Below are positions 8,698-18,636 of a stretch of DNA of 64,000 nucleotides, piece after piece. The position numbers and the translations under genes were made by a program. The stretch is from IMG/VR virus record IMGVR_UViG_3300031134_000007, positions 32,001-96,000 of that record. One strand, given 5' to 3'. The notes below the pieces were generated by a model, which did not search any database, was not told the origin of the DNA, and saw only the letters and a list, made by a program, of their open reading frames with translations. The DNA comes from a virus. Each line of letters opens with the position of its first letter. The stretch's first letter is position 1.

Positions 8698-10779
8698 ATG
8701 TCAAATCTTTCTAACGGAGCACCACGTTTTATCCTGGAAGGTATCCGGGATGAATCCGTAGCCGCTCCGGTTCCCGTTCCGGAGGTGTACGCGCAGCATT
8801 TGCCGCATCTGTACATTCTCGCCGAGCGTGGGCCATTAACCCCGCAGTTGCTTGATCCTACGCTGTTGACCGCTTATTACGGCAGCAAGTCGTTCGATCC
8901 ACTGTCTAAGTATTACACCATGGGGTCCGCGTTCGTTTCTACTATTGGTGGAACGGGCAACGCCATTATGGTGCAGCGTGTGCATCCAGCCGATGGCCTG
9001 AAGCCAGCGTACTTCTCGCTGGGTATCGAAATCGTTGCGGACAAAGTCACTGACTATGTGCGTGATGACAGCGGTGTGGCTCAGCGTGATGCCAACGGTA
9101 ACTTCGAAGAAGACACCACCCAGCGTGATGGCTTCATCGCTCGTATCGTGATCAACCGCGACATCGATTCCGTGCTGTTTGGCGCAGGTGTTAAGAAGAA
9201 AGGTCTCCTGACTTCTTCTACTGGCGTGCAGTCCGATTTCTACCCGCTGCTTGATCTGGAAGTTCCTTATGCTGGCGCTTATGGCGACAACGTAGGCTTC
9301 TCCCTGTGGGCACCGAACACCCAGTCTACCACTCCACTGAATACCGCAGTGGCTGTGGACCAGCTGGCGCAACTGTTCGCCCTGCGTGTGTACGAGCGTC
9401 CAGACGTGCAGTCTACTGCCGTGCTGAAGCTCACCGCGGATCGTTCGTCTGAAATCAACTTCTCCTTTAAGAAGACAGTGGTTGATAGCGCGACGTCTAC
9501 GAAGTACAGCTTCCCGCTGCGTGTGAAAGATTACGACAACACCCAAGACGGCTACGTGCCAGTCCCAGGTCCGGTCGGCCGTACCAAAGTGTACTACGAC
9601 AACCTGGAAGCGGTGCTCGGTCTGCTCTACACCGCAGAGAAAGCAGCGAACCCATCTCTGCTGGAAGGCGAAGGTGCACAGCACCAGATCAACTTCCTGG
9701 GCGGCGTGGACTTCTACAACAACCCTTACTACACTTTCCGTGTACAGGGTGTTGCAGATGGCGGCGTGAACATGAACGACGTAGCGATCTACTACGCCGA
9801 AGGTGGTAGCGACGGTTCTTATAAAGATGCCGACGGTAAAACCATCAGCAAGATCACCATGTACAATCAGCTTTGTAAAGAGCAGTTTGACAACTATGGC
9901 GATCTGAAAGACATCGAAGTGCTGGACGATGCCCGCTATCCTCAGTCTGCGTACTGGGACTGCGGCTACGATCTGGAAACTAAGAAGTCGCTGATCTCTA
10001 TCATCGGTAAACGTAAAGACATCGTGGTGTACATCAGTACCTTCATTGATGGCCATGAACGTCTGACCGCACTGGAGCAACGCTCTATGGGTTCTGCGCT
10101 GCGCACTTACGCACGTCTGTTCCCAGAGTCAAGCCTGTACGGTACGTCTACCTGCCGCGCCGTGTTCTTCATGCAGTCAGGTTACCTGGCCGGTGATGAC
10201 TCAGGTGAATGGTACCCACATCTGCTGGATCACGCTTATAAACGTGCTCTGTACGCAGGTAGCGGTGACGGTGTGCTGAAGAATGCGAAAGCATACGACT
10301 CAGCGGAAAACAACCGTGTGCAGATTCTGTCTCAGATGGATCTGCTGTGGGAGCCAACCGAAGTCCGTAACACCAACTGGAACCTCGGCCTGAACTACGC
10401 CCAGAACGTTAACCGTTCACAAGCGTACGTGCCGCATGTCCAGACCGTGTACACGGAAGAGTCGTCTGTGCTGCGTGATGAAATCGCGTTGACGATCTGT
10501 GTGGATATCGAGAAGAAATGTCAGCAGGCTTACCGCATGCTGGGTGTAGACACCCGTCGCACCACAGAACAGACTCTGTCTGAGCTGAACACCATTCTGA
10601 CCGATCTTACCAACAACCTGTACGACAACCGTGTTGACATCTCTGTCAATGCGTTCCGTACGGTGAAAGATCAGAACAGCCGCGTGCGCTACTCGTGTGA
10701 AGTTTCCGCGTCCTTTAACAAAGGGATGTACATCGGTAGCTTCACCGTTGTTTCACGCAACCGTGAGGATAATGCATAA
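8698..10779 (+). CDS. tail sheath protein (phiKZ gp29-like)
   Basis: 693 aa, AGGAG RBS, N-terminal NGAPRFILEGIRD and AERGP motifs, strong codon bias, synteny. Confidence 0.9.
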   Translation: MSNLSNGAPRFILEGIRDESVAAPVPVPEVYAQHLPHLYILAERGPLTPQLLDPTLLTAYYGSKSFDPLSKYYTMGSAFVSTIGGTGNAIMVQRVHPADGLKPAYFSLGIEIVADKVTDYVRDDSGVAQRDANGNFEEDTTQRDGFIARIVINRDIDSVLFGAGVKKKGLLTSSTGVQSDFYPLLDLEVPYAGAYGDNVGFSLWAPNTQSTTPLNTAVAVDQLAQLFALRVYERPDVQSTAVLKLTADRSSEINFSFKKTVVDSATSTKYSFPLRVKDYDNTQDGYVPVPGPVGRTKVYYDNLEAVLGLLYTAEKAANPSLLEGEGAQHQINFLGGVDFYNNPYYTFRVQGVADGGVNMNDVAIYYAEGGSDGSYKDADGKTISKITMYNQLCKEQFDNYGDLKDIEVLDDARYPQSAYWDCGYDLETKKSLISIIGKRKDIVVYISTFIDGHERLTALEQRSMGSALRTYARLFPESSLYGTSTCRAVFFMQSGYLAGDDSGEWYPHLLDHAYKRALYAGSGDGVLKNAKAYDSAENNRVQILSQMDLLWEPTEVRNTNWNLGLNYAQNVNRSQAYVPHVQTVYTEESSVLRDEIALTICVDIEKKCQQAYRMLGVDTRRTTEQTLSELNTILTDLTNNLYDNRVDISVNAFRTVKDQNSRVRYSCEVSASFNKGMYIGSFTVVSRNREDNA

Positions 10780-11645
10780 TGCGTCTTAATGACTCTATTG
10801 CCCAGCCTAAAGCTGGCGCCGCGGCGTTTTCGAACGCCACGATGGTCAATGCGTTGACTGGCGGTTATCACGGTATTTCGGCTAACCTCGCACGTTACGT
10901 CGATAACGCCGGTTTCCGTCAGCAGCAGCTGCAGTGTGTGGTGCTCCGTACTCCGGGCGCCATCAAGAACCTGGATCACCCCGAAACGTGGCATGGTCAC
11001 ATCAAAGCGATGATGGAAAAACACACCCGTAGTATTACGGGTTTCCAGCGTGCGCTGCAGGTGGATCACTTCTCACAGCCGGCCGGTGGTTCTGGTGCTG
11101 AGCAGTTTGACCTGGCTAACGTCACCCAACAGCAGCCAACCCCGACGCACGAAATCGGTGAGAAATACGGTTTCCCGAACGGTACGCTGCTGGAGTGGTG
11201 GATTCGTCTGTTCCTGATGGACCCGGATGTTAAGCGTCCGCTCATCATGACCTACCCGAACCCGCCGAAAGACCTGCTGCCTGACATGACGTCAATGATC
11301 TGTCTGTATTACGACACTGACCCAACCGGTCAGGAGATCATCAACGCCTACCTGTGCGTTGGCATGCAGCCGTCTTCTTCTGGCACGCGTGAGTCTCGTA
11401 TGGACAAGTCCCAGGGTTCCGCTGACCTGGTTCACTCCATCGAGTGGAAATGCACCACCATCATGAACGCCGCTGTTGATAAGCTTGCTGAGACTATCAA
11501 CAAAACGCGCCAACTGATCGGTGCAAGCCCGTACAACCGCGATCTGCCGGATGTGCTCAAGGTCATTGGCCCTGACATCAACGCTGCTAAGTCTGGTGTG
11601 GTTGACGATATCAATGATATCCGTTCTCACCAGGTTGTTCGTTAA
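10779..11645 (+). CDS. tail tube protein (phiKZ gp30-like)
   Basis: 288 aa, TAATG-coupled to the sheath gene. Confidence 0.8.
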   Translation: MRLNDSIAQPKAGAAAFSNATMVNALTGGYHGISANLARYVDNAGFRQQQLQCVVLRTPGAIKNLDHPETWHGHIKAMMEKHTRSITGFQRALQVDHFSQPAGGSGAEQFDLANVTQQQPTPTHEIGEKYGFPNGTLLEWWIRLFLMDPDVKRPLIMTYPNPPKDLLPDMTSMICLYYDTDPTGQEIINAYLCVGMQPSSSGTRESRMDKSQGSADLVHSIEWKCTTIMNAAVDKLAETINKTRQLIGASPYNRDLPDVLKVIGPDINAAKSGVVDDINDIRSHQVVR

Positions 11646-11659
11646 TCGAGCAAAAAAAA

Positions 11660-11720
11660 CAGCATAAGACCCAGAGGGTTCCTCTCCCCGTGAAGGGAGA
11701 GGAACGCCTCTTTTATGCCG
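11660..11720. terminator. bidirectional hairpin, GCATAA/TTATGC family
   Basis: cagcataa..agagggttcctctccc-cgtgaa-gggagaggaacgcctct..ttatgccg between convergent genes. Confidence 0.75.
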
Positions 11721-12144
11721 ATTGGTCTTTAAGGTACTGTTTGTAGTTGTAACGAAAAGCTTCTCTTACGGGTTCCGGTAAAATACTTAAATCGAGACGC
11801 CCTTCAATATGGGGGTGCGCAATCAGTTTAACAAACCGCTGCTTATCCTCTTTATCTTCAGGATTGATCTCGATACCGTGCTCCAGACAACACGCCACGT
11901 AGATCGCATACAAATCATCCACCGCGGCTTCCAGTCGGGTGCAGTCATTGAAGTTGTACAGATCATAGCCACCCAACGGTAAACGTGTAGTGGCTTCACG
12001 CCGCTTGATTCTGCGCAGACGGAGTTCCCGATAACCCAAGACAAGTACCACCACCAACAAACCTAATCCCACCATCAGGATCAGGTCATCAAAACTATTA
12101 ACCGCATCGTTTACAACCGGGTCGGTTGTAGTGATCGTTTCCAT
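11713..12144 (-). CDS. membrane-anchored hypothetical protein
   Basis: TM segment LILMVGLGLLVVVLVLGY followed by a basic stretch. Confidence 0.7.
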   Translation of the reverse strand: METITTTDPVVNDAVNSFDDLILMVGLGLLVVVLVLGYRELRLRRIKRREATTRLPLGGYDLYNFNDCTRLEAAVDDLYAIYVACCLEHGIEINPEDKEDKQRFVKLIAHPHIEGRLDLSILPEPVREAFRYNYKQYLKDQSA

Positions 12145-12147
12145 GGG

Positions 12148-12549
12148 TTATTCCCGCTTAGGCAATTTGGCGAGCACTGCTGGCGACAGTAAGCCTGAGA
12201 AATAAGAAGCGTACATGCTGATAAGATCTGCAGATGACAAAGGAAACTTCGTCAGCTCCACCGCCAGATCCAACCAAATTGCGTTGTCTTTCATGTACGG
12301 GTATTCACAGATAAACACCGAATCAACCAATGGTGAAAACGTCAAGCACGCACCCACCATGTCACACACCCGCTGATTAACGAACGGGATCTCCAAGACC
12401 TGCGTATCAATTAAGATGTCGCTTGCCGTGAAGTGGAAACGCAAACACACAGGGGTGTAGTGGGTATCAAGAGTGTTGAGTGGATTCACCAACATCTCTG
12501 ACGGCGCCAACATTAAGTCCTGCATCTGCGTGTAAATAAATTTGCTCAT
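12148..12549 (-). CDS. hypothetical protein
   Basis: 133 aa, translationally coupled to its neighbours. Confidence 0.6.
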   Translation of the reverse strand: MSKFIYTQMQDLMLAPSEMLVNPLNTLDTHYTPVCLRFHFTASDILIDTQVLEIPFVNQRVCDMVGACLTFSPLVDSVFICEYPYMKDNAIWLDLAVELTKFPLSSADLISMYASYFSGLLSPAVLAKLPKRE

Positions 12550-12938
12550 TAGGCAGCCCTTTTCAGTTCCCCATGATAGACAAAAGGGATATTGTACTTA
12601 ACACAAATGTTACGAAAAATATCCACAAGTAAAAGACGGTGACAAAAATCCCCCGCCCCACAATAACACGCCAAAGCCACACGCTCATGTTGGCGACAAA
12701 AGTTGATGAACCATTCCGGATCAGTTGACCAACGCCCTCTCATAAGGTTTAAGTAGATTTGCTGGTACCCAGAGGCGTTAATACAGCCACTTTTGTAATT
12801 CCCTAATAACTCACCCGTCGGTGCTAACCAACGGATGTTGTTATGAATTAAACCAGAGGCGTAAGTGGTATCCACTAATGGGATGTCCAGTTGTTTAGCC
12901 AATCGCCACTGACCTAACTGTATTGTCCATATTTCCAT
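12549..12938 (-). CDS. DUF488-like protein
   Basis: WTIQ...DTT...LAPT..LL and VALACYC....CHRLLL motifs; AGGAGG RBS. Confidence 0.7.
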   Translation of the reverse strand: MEIWTIQLGQWRLAKQLDIPLVDTTYASGLIHNNIRWLAPTGELLGNYKSGCINASGYQQIYLNLMRGRWSTDPEWFINFCRQHERVALACYCGAGDFCHRLLLVDIFRNICVKYNIPFVYHGELKRAA

Positions 12939-12953
12939 CCCCGCCTCCTTTAC

Positions 12954-13148
12954 CTACAAGTTAATCACGATGTGAGTTTTATCCCACAGTATTTTCACCG
13001 CGTCTCTTCCCGCCACTGTAGAGCCCAGCAATGCAATCAATCCAATGCCGATCATGAACAGCACAAACAGCACGACCAGCATTTGAATGACGGGGTCCAC
13101 ACCCGGCCTGCCGCACTGAGAACAGCTTTGACGTCTAAGCAGTCTCAT
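12954..13148 (-). CDS. small membrane protein (start uncertain)
   Basis: Hydrophobic stretch IQMLVVLFVLFMIGIGLIALLG; ORF track start overlaps the upstream gene, so ATG 13148 chosen. Confidence 0.5.
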   Translation of the reverse strand: MRLLRRQSCSQCGRPGVDPVIQMLVVLFVLFMIGIGLIALLGSTVAGRDAVKILWDKTHIVINL

Positions 13149-13788
13149 GGGTTTCTTCCTGTATCTCAACATCAGGTTGCTGAGCTTCAATGAACACCGG
13201 TTCAACGAGTTTGACAAGCGCTGCAACGGTCTGCATGGCAAAAATGTTGATCAACGGGATCTCGTCGTCGTTGTGCACCACATCCGCATCCTGGATATGG
13301 CGATTAAATACACAGTGTGTGGTAACACTAGGAAACCGGCTGGTTTTCTGTGCAATGGTTCTCAGACGCGCATTGATCTGACCTTGCACTGTCCCTGCTG
13401 GTAACTTCAACTCTTCCAGCGCTGGAGTGTAACCGTAGGCTTGGCCCCAGGTATAGTTGTTCAGCTGAAGGGTAGTGCGCAAATGGGTGATCACCATCTC
13501 ATGGTAGCCGTTACACCCGTACACCAGATTCTGAAGACTGACGATATCATTCAGGATGTACTGTGCGACTGCGGTCGGTGCAAAGCCGTAACGCCAACCT
13601 TCAATGATTGTACTGGCACGCATCTGCTCATAAACAGCGCCATAAAGATCTTTGTGTACTTTCTCGATGAGAGAATAAAAAGCTTCTTTATAGTTCTTTG
13701 CCTGGATGGTGTTGTTTCTGATTTCGCCGTTGTGCTGCTCCGTGATCTTGGGAGCGTAAATATCAAAATCGGGATTGATCGTTAACAT
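13135..13788 (-). CDS. hypothetical protein, tandem paralog A
   Basis: Shares WGQAYGYTP.LEE and G..P.AVA.Y motifs with 13792..14391. Confidence 0.7.
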   Translation of the reverse strand: MLTINPDFDIYAPKITEQHNGEIRNNTIQAKNYKEAFYSLIEKVHKDLYGAVYEQMRASTIIEGWRYGFAPTAVAQYILNDIVSLQNLVYGCNGYHEMVITHLRTTLQLNNYTWGQAYGYTPALEELKLPAGTVQGQINARLRTIAQKTSRFPSVTTHCVFNRHIQDADVVHNDDEIPLINIFAMQTVAALVKLVEPVFIEAQQPDVEIQEETHETA

Positions 13789-13791
13789 GGG

Positions 13792-14391
13792 TTACTCCTG
13801 AACCAGAAAATAGTCACGACGGGAAGTGAGGGCGACAAGCACCAACGTGCGGTATTCTTTCAGCTTGTCAATTTTGTCAAACTTTGACACCGAGCCACAG
13901 TCGCTGGCGTAAGTACCGAAACGGACATAGTTTTCTGTACCCATTTCGTTAGCGATGTCAACGGAACGGTTGTTGATTTCCAGCTGCACATCGATGGCGT
14001 CACGGGTGCGCTCTTCTAACGACGGCGTGTAACCATACGCCTGACCCCAATGGAATTTGTCGTAGCCCATCAGAGAATACATGGTGCCGTTCAGTAACTG
14101 CTTGGCCAGTTCATTTCCCCGGTTGCTACCATCATTACTGCCAATGAAAGCAAAACCGGTTCCCAGGTATTCATGGGTGATCAGGTAATCAGCCACCGCC
14201 ATCGGATCATAACCACGGTGATAACCACCAATGATGTCTTTGATGCTGAGATCGATGTTTTTGATCAGGTCATCGAAATAGGCAGTCAGGTTATTTACCG
14301 CAATCCGATAAGCGTCCTCACCGTTGGGAACGGTCTGCAGTAATTCGTCGGCAAAGAGCTCTTCACGTTTAAAGAACTGAACGGTTGTCAT
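13792..14391 (-). CDS. hypothetical protein, tandem paralog B
   Basis: WGQAYGYTPSLEE motif; AAGGA RBS. Confidence 0.7.
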   Translation of the reverse strand: MTTVQFFKREELFADELLQTVPNGEDAYRIAVNNLTAYFDDLIKNIDLSIKDIIGGYHRGYDPMAVADYLITHEYLGTGFAFIGSNDGSNRGNELAKQLLNGTMYSLMGYDKFHWGQAYGYTPSLEERTRDAIDVQLEINNRSVDIANEMGTENYVRFGTYASDCGSVSKFDKIDKLKEYRTLVLVALTSRRDYFLVQE

Positions 14392-14441
14392 GGAGTTATC
14401 CTTACAAAAAAAAGAAGGCCACCGCAGTGACCCTCAGGGAG

Positions 14442-15149
14442 TTATGCCGCTAAGCCTTTGACGGCAGCAGCAGCTTTATTGGCCATGATCTCAACAACCT
14501 TTTTGTAGGTCGTTCCCAATGCATGGTCGCGGTGAGTCAAACGGTTATGTCCGTCAATATTAAAGGTCCAAACCGTTGAATCGAACTTAAACCGATCTTG
14601 CTCGATACGCCAAACACGACTGCCGGTGATGTTCTTATTCGGCGTCATGATAGCTGCACGGTACTGGTTTTCAATACCGTTCACCAAACGTGCCTGATAC
14701 ATCGCTTCAGCCACACCCACGTAATCGCTAATGGCATCCGTATTGGATTCATCACACGTACCCAGCAGATTATCAAAGATTGCTGAGATCAACCGTGAGG
14801 TAGACTCGTGCGCATACGGACTGCCTTGTGTGTAGATTGTCGCGCCGTAGTTAGAGCGATGGTTGAACAACTTATCACCACCGGCAACCGGGCGATACGC
14901 ACCGCGCATGCTCCAGTCACGGATGATAACGTTCTCACCCAACTTTCGTTGGTTACGTCCAATCCACACGTCATACGTGGTATTGGTGCTGTCTTCTTCA
15001 AGACGCAATAAACGCGCCCCAATACGGTATTCAGGTAATTCAATTTCCAACATCTTCACGTACTGGATGCCGTCGTGTTCTTGGTGCTCAACTTTTACAG
15101 TAATCTGTTGCATGGTAATCATCCTTTTATTTATGGCACTTTTGGCCAT
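14442..15149 (-). CDS. hypothetical protein
   Basis: 235-aa ORF flanked by hairpin/U-tract terminators. Confidence 0.65.
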   Translation of the reverse strand: MAKSAINKRMITMQQITVKVEHQEHDGIQYVKMLEIELPEYRIGARLLRLEEDSTNTTYDVWIGRNQRKLGENVIIRDWSMRGAYRPVAGGDKLFNHRSNYGATIYTQGSPYAHESTSRLISAIFDNLLGTCDESNTDAISDYVGVAEAMYQARLVNGIENQYRAAIMTPNKNITGSRVWRIEQDRFKFDSTVWTFNIDGHNRLTHRDHALGTTYKKVVEIMANKAAAAVKGLAA

Positions 15150-15159
15150 GGGACGGTTA

Positions 15160-15187
15160 TAAAAAAGAAGGAGCCGAAGCCCCTTCC
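15160..15187 (-). terminator. rho-independent terminator
   Basis: Minus strand GAAGGGGC-TTCG-GCTCCTTC-TTTTTT. Confidence 0.75.
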
Positions 15188-15197
15188 AGGTTAGTGA

Positions 15198-16280
15198 TTA
15201 AAACTGTTTACCAGTACACGGGTCGTAATGATGACCACCGATCGGGTAACCTTGGTTAAGTTGCGGCTGGAAATGCATCTGCTGGGTAGTAGATACTGGA
15301 TCCATGTGCGGCATACCGTTGGCGGCATCCGTTGCAGGGTGACCGGTAGGTATTCCTGGGTTACCAAACTGCATTGGACTAAGTGGCGAACTACCCGCAC
15401 CAAACATCGGAAAATTCATCCCGCCCATCATTGGTTGCTGAGGCTGTTTTGCAGCCATCGCTTCAGACTCTTCAATAAAGAGGTTAATGAATGCCGGAGA
15501 GAAGCCAGCGCGGTCAAACGCCAATACATGCTGAACCAGATGCTGATTGGTAATGACTTTATCGCCGTAGTGGTATTCTGTTTCCTGTGCTTGGAACTGC
15601 GTCGTCATGTACGCGTACTGACCGGTGCGCACCTGTTCGAAAGTTCTGACGAGATGTTCATCAGCTTTGAACAGCCGAGACTGACGAAGCGACGCGCCCA
15701 ACTCCATGTTCATCAGAGTTTGCTTAACAGTGATGGTGTTATCGAGCACTTTCCAGATGCGATTATAATCACAGCAATGTGCACGACAATGCGTTTTCAC
15801 TTCACCGTTTGCACGGTACAACCCTTTTGACAACATCCACTCAGCCATTTTAACACGATCATCAATAACGATGTGCGCCAGGTTAGGTGCGCCAGGTGGT
15901 GTCAGCAGTTGACGAAATACTTGCTGGACCACTGCATGTTCTGCATTGGCTTCGGTGTTGCCTTCCATACCCAGGATGTTAATGCCGAGACGTGGTCGTT
16001 CAGCCGTACCAAATGCTGTTCCTAAAACTGATGACCCAATACCGATGCTTAAGAACGGTGTGTCTTCACCCAACGGGTAGAAGCTTGCCACCCATTCGCC
16101 GTGCAATGTGTTTTCATCACAGTCCTGGCCGTAGATGACTGGCTTTTCGTCATACTCTTCCGAGACCAGCTCAACAACCATCTTAGACGCATCATCGAAC
16201 TCTGCTTTGTATTGCGTGCAGATGAAGTTCTTTTCGTTGACTGGGGATTTGATCAGGGACGTAGTTAAGTTAAGACTCAT
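15198..16280 (-). CDS. hypothetical protein with P/Q/M/G-rich low-complexity C-terminus
   Basis: 360 aa, AGGA RBS; tail QPQQPMMGGMNFPMFG...QQMHFQPQ. Confidence 0.7.
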   Translation of the reverse strand: MSLNLTTSLIKSPVNEKNFICTQYKAEFDDASKMVVELVSEEYDEKPVIYGQDCDENTLHGEWVASFYPLGEDTPFLSIGIGSSVLGTAFGTAERPRLGINILGMEGNTEANAEHAVVQQVFRQLLTPPGAPNLAHIVIDDRVKMAEWMLSKGLYRANGEVKTHCRAHCCDYNRIWKVLDNTITVKQTLMNMELGASLRQSRLFKADEHLVRTFEQVRTGQYAYMTTQFQAQETEYHYGDKVITNQHLVQHVLAFDRAGFSPAFINLFIEESEAMAAKQPQQPMMGGMNFPMFGAGSSPLSPMQFGNPGIPTGHPATDAANGMPHMDPVSTTQQMHFQPQLNQGYPIGGHHYDPCTGKQF

Positions 16281-16502
16281 GTTTCAGTTTCCTATCTATT
16301 GGCATTCTTTCTGAATGCAAGGTTTTGAAACTGTCGCGAAATACGACAGTAGATAAGAGCCGGTTTCCGGACCAGCCCTTAGATTACTGTCTATTTTTGG
16401 AATGTCTTGCAGGACACAGTCCGAGTTGACCCAAGCGGGTTAAATGGAATTGTGTTTGGCTGAGCGGGTGTCTAGGCCGCTCAGTGTGTTACAGGGTAGA
16501 AC
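16281..16502 (-). other. structured ~220-nt non-coding region (candidate ncRNA or leader)
   Basis: No credible ORF; four hairpins on the minus strand, two with G-U pairs. Confidence 0.4.
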
Positions 16503-16961
16503 TTACTTCGCACCACCGGTCAGGAGGTCGTCAGCCATTGCACGAACGTGCTTCACGGCCGCAGCGAGTTCGCCACGGTTCGTACCAGCGGCGTTGGCCG
16601 TGTAGGAGCTGATGACGTGACCGTTGATGGTCTGTTTGCCGTGCTGGTATTCACGCACGATATCGGTGGCAATGGTGTCCGAACCCACTGACAGCGAGGT
16701 AGAGATTTGAGACAGCGCGGTGTTGTTCTGCATCACTGGCAGACCGAGTTCACCGAGTGCCACTGCCTGTGCAGCCATGACTGCGCTGTCGTGGCTCTGG
16801 AACTGTTTGCGCTGATCGATAGTCAGACCTTCTGGCAGATTCTTCTCATACCAGTCCGGTGCGGTCACAGCCACGCCGTTGTCGCCCATGGTCATTGCTG
16901 CTTTCAGGGAGTCAGCCAGAGTACGGGTGGTGGCTTTGATTTCTTTTGACATGTCGAACAT
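16503..16961 (-). CDS. hypothetical early protein
   Basis: 152 aa, strong codon bias, first gene after the TATATTAC promoter at 17020. Confidence 0.75.
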   Translation of the reverse strand: MFDMSKEIKATTRTLADSLKAAMTMGDNGVAVTAPDWYEKNLPEGLTIDQRKQFQSHDSAVMAAQAVALGELGLPVMQNNTALSQISTSLSVGSDTIATDIVREYQHGKQTINGHVISSYTANAAGTNRGELAAAVKHVRAMADDLLTGGAK

Positions 16962-17019
16962 CCTTCTGATGGGGTATGTGGTTTATATGTAAAGTGTTCT
17001 CTGCAGAGAATACACTAGA

Positions 17020-17027
17020 GTAATATA
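17020..17027 (-). promoter_or_regulatory. phiKZ-type early promoter core TATATTAC
   Basis: GTAATATA on plus = TATATTAC on minus; followed by the palindrome TTCTCTGCAGAGAA. Confidence 0.75.
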
Positions 17028-17047
17028 GGGTTCAAAAATCTTTGAAC

Positions 17048-17215
17048 TCACTCGCCTGTAATAGGCCAGGTGCTCTGCAACTTCTCTGCAGCGTACGCCA
17101 TGGCTTTGGCGTGCAGCATTTTAGCATCAAGACCGCTGTAACGGTTATCAACGATAAAGGTTTCGTATGCGCTGTTAAAGACATCTAACATTGCTTCCGG
17201 AGATGGGCCACCCAT
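17048..17215 (-). CDS. 55-aa hypothetical protein (not in ORF track)
   Basis: ATG overlaps the TAA of 17215..17760; MGGPSPEAMLDVFNSAYETF...WPITGE. Confidence 0.55.
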   Translation of the reverse strand: MGGPSPEAMLDVFNSAYETFIVDNRYSGLDAKMLHAKAMAYAAEKLQSTWPITGE

Positions 17216-17760
17216 TACACTGCTCCTTCTGAATCAGACAACACCAACTCACCGTGGGATGCATTCATTGCCACCTGATGCGCCAGCAGAACCAGCATCT
17301 TCTGGTAACGTGCCTTGTTAGGTCGAGCATAACGACCACTGGTCAGTAGCGCGTTATTCAGCTCCAGCAGGTTAAGTGACGGGAAGTACACGATGTTGAT
17401 GAAGTTCAGGATATGGTGAATGGTCACCTCATCGCGGGTCAACGTATAGATCAGCTGACTGCGAAACGCGAGACCTACCTGAATCGGGGTGTGATTAAAC
17501 AACGGCCACAATACCACGCTATCCGAATCCTTCCCCAGCACGTATTCATTTACCCGTGCTAAGAACCCACCGATGATTTCACCCCGGGCATCTTTGTCTT
17601 TGGTTTCGGCTAGACGTGGAACCACGTTTTGGTATTCTTCGATAACGCGCATTGCGATGTCGCAGTAGCGAGGGAGAAAGGATTCGAGTTCCTTCATCGC
17701 CAGAAACGCACGAGCGACACTGTGCGGTGCATTAATAATCATGATCACTTCCTGGTTCAT
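17215..17760 (-). CDS. hypothetical protein
   Basis: 181-aa ORF. Confidence 0.6.
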   Translation of the reverse strand: MNQEVIMIINAPHSVARAFLAMKELESFLPRYCDIAMRVIEEYQNVVPRLAETKDKDARGEIIGGFLARVNEYVLGKDSDSVVLWPLFNHTPIQVGLAFRSQLIYTLTRDEVTIHHILNFINIVYFPSLNLLELNNALLTSGRYARPNKARYQKMLVLLAHQVAMNASHGELVLSDSEGAV

Positions 17761-17841
17761 TATTAGACATAAGAGTGGGGTGGTTGGTACGATAATACAC
17801 AGGCCGGCATAAGAGGCAGGGTTTCCCCTGCCCCGTATGTG

Positions 17842-18624
17842 TTACCAACGCAGTGAGGTCGGACGCAGAATCGGTGAGTTATCACCGGCTTCGTAATCGT
17901 TCATCATGATCTGCAGTGCCGTGGTGTCATTGAAATTAGACTCCAGGCCGTAACCCTGACCGCCAGCATTCTGACTGGTGATGATCTCGTTACGAATAAC
18001 CGCTGGATCGAACTGGTAGTCACCAAACGACTCCAGACCCGGGGAATGATACTTGGTGGCATTACGCACACCTGGCTCAGGCACCCAGTCCCACGTCACC
18101 AGCTCGTATACGTCTTTCTTCCACGCCATACCCATCATGGTATCGAGTGTCAGTGAACGCACAGAGAAGCAGGTGTCTTCGCTGGAGTTTTCCAGTGACG
18201 CTAACAGCTTGTCACCGATCGGACCACCCACAGGTTTGATTTCACCCAGCACCGCTACCATCTGCTCATTGCGGTGAGACTTGAAGTTGTTGAAATCAAG
18301 TTCTACACTACGGAGGTGCAACGCCCAGTTACTCATGTCGAGATAACGCAGACGGGAGAAGTACTGTTGCTGTGACATCCCCGGTTGAATCTTCGGATGG
18401 TCTTGCTCACCACGCAGGTGACCGCGTTCAATACGACGCATGAACGAGGAGGACTTTAAGAAGATCTCTTCCAGGTATTTGTTGAACGGGTAGTAGTTAC
18501 CGGATTCGTTATGGATGTTAAAGCCACCCAATACCACGGTCCAGTAACCGTCCCCGCTCGGCTTTAGCGTGCCGGCTTTATTTGTGCCACGTAACGTCTG
18601 GCACGAAAACGTAATGTTCGACAT
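17842..18624 (-). CDS. prohead (head maturation) protease (phiKZ gp175 / SPN3US gp245-like)
   Basis: RGEQDHP (His), CFSVRS (Ser), TWDWV.EPG (Asp); C-terminal GLES motifs; synteny with the vRNAP block. Confidence 0.88.
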   Translation of the reverse strand: MSNITFSCQTLRGTNKAGTLKPSGDGYWTVVLGGFNIHNESGNYYPFNKYLEEIFLKSSSFMRRIERGHLRGEQDHPKIQPGMSQQQYFSRLRYLDMSNWALHLRSVELDFNNFKSHRNEQMVAVLGEIKPVGGPIGDKLLASLENSSEDTCFSVRSLTLDTMMGMAWKKDVYELVTWDWVPEPGVRNATKYHSPGLESFGDYQFDPAVIRNEIITSQNAGGQGYGLESNFNDTTALQIMMNDYEAGDNSPILRPTSLRW

Positions 18625-18636
18625 ACGACGTTCCTT

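Noticed and set aside
8836-10080. 414-aa antisense ORF within the tail sheath gene
   Set aside because: Shadow of strong codon bias in a highly expressed gene; no RBS or recognisable motifs
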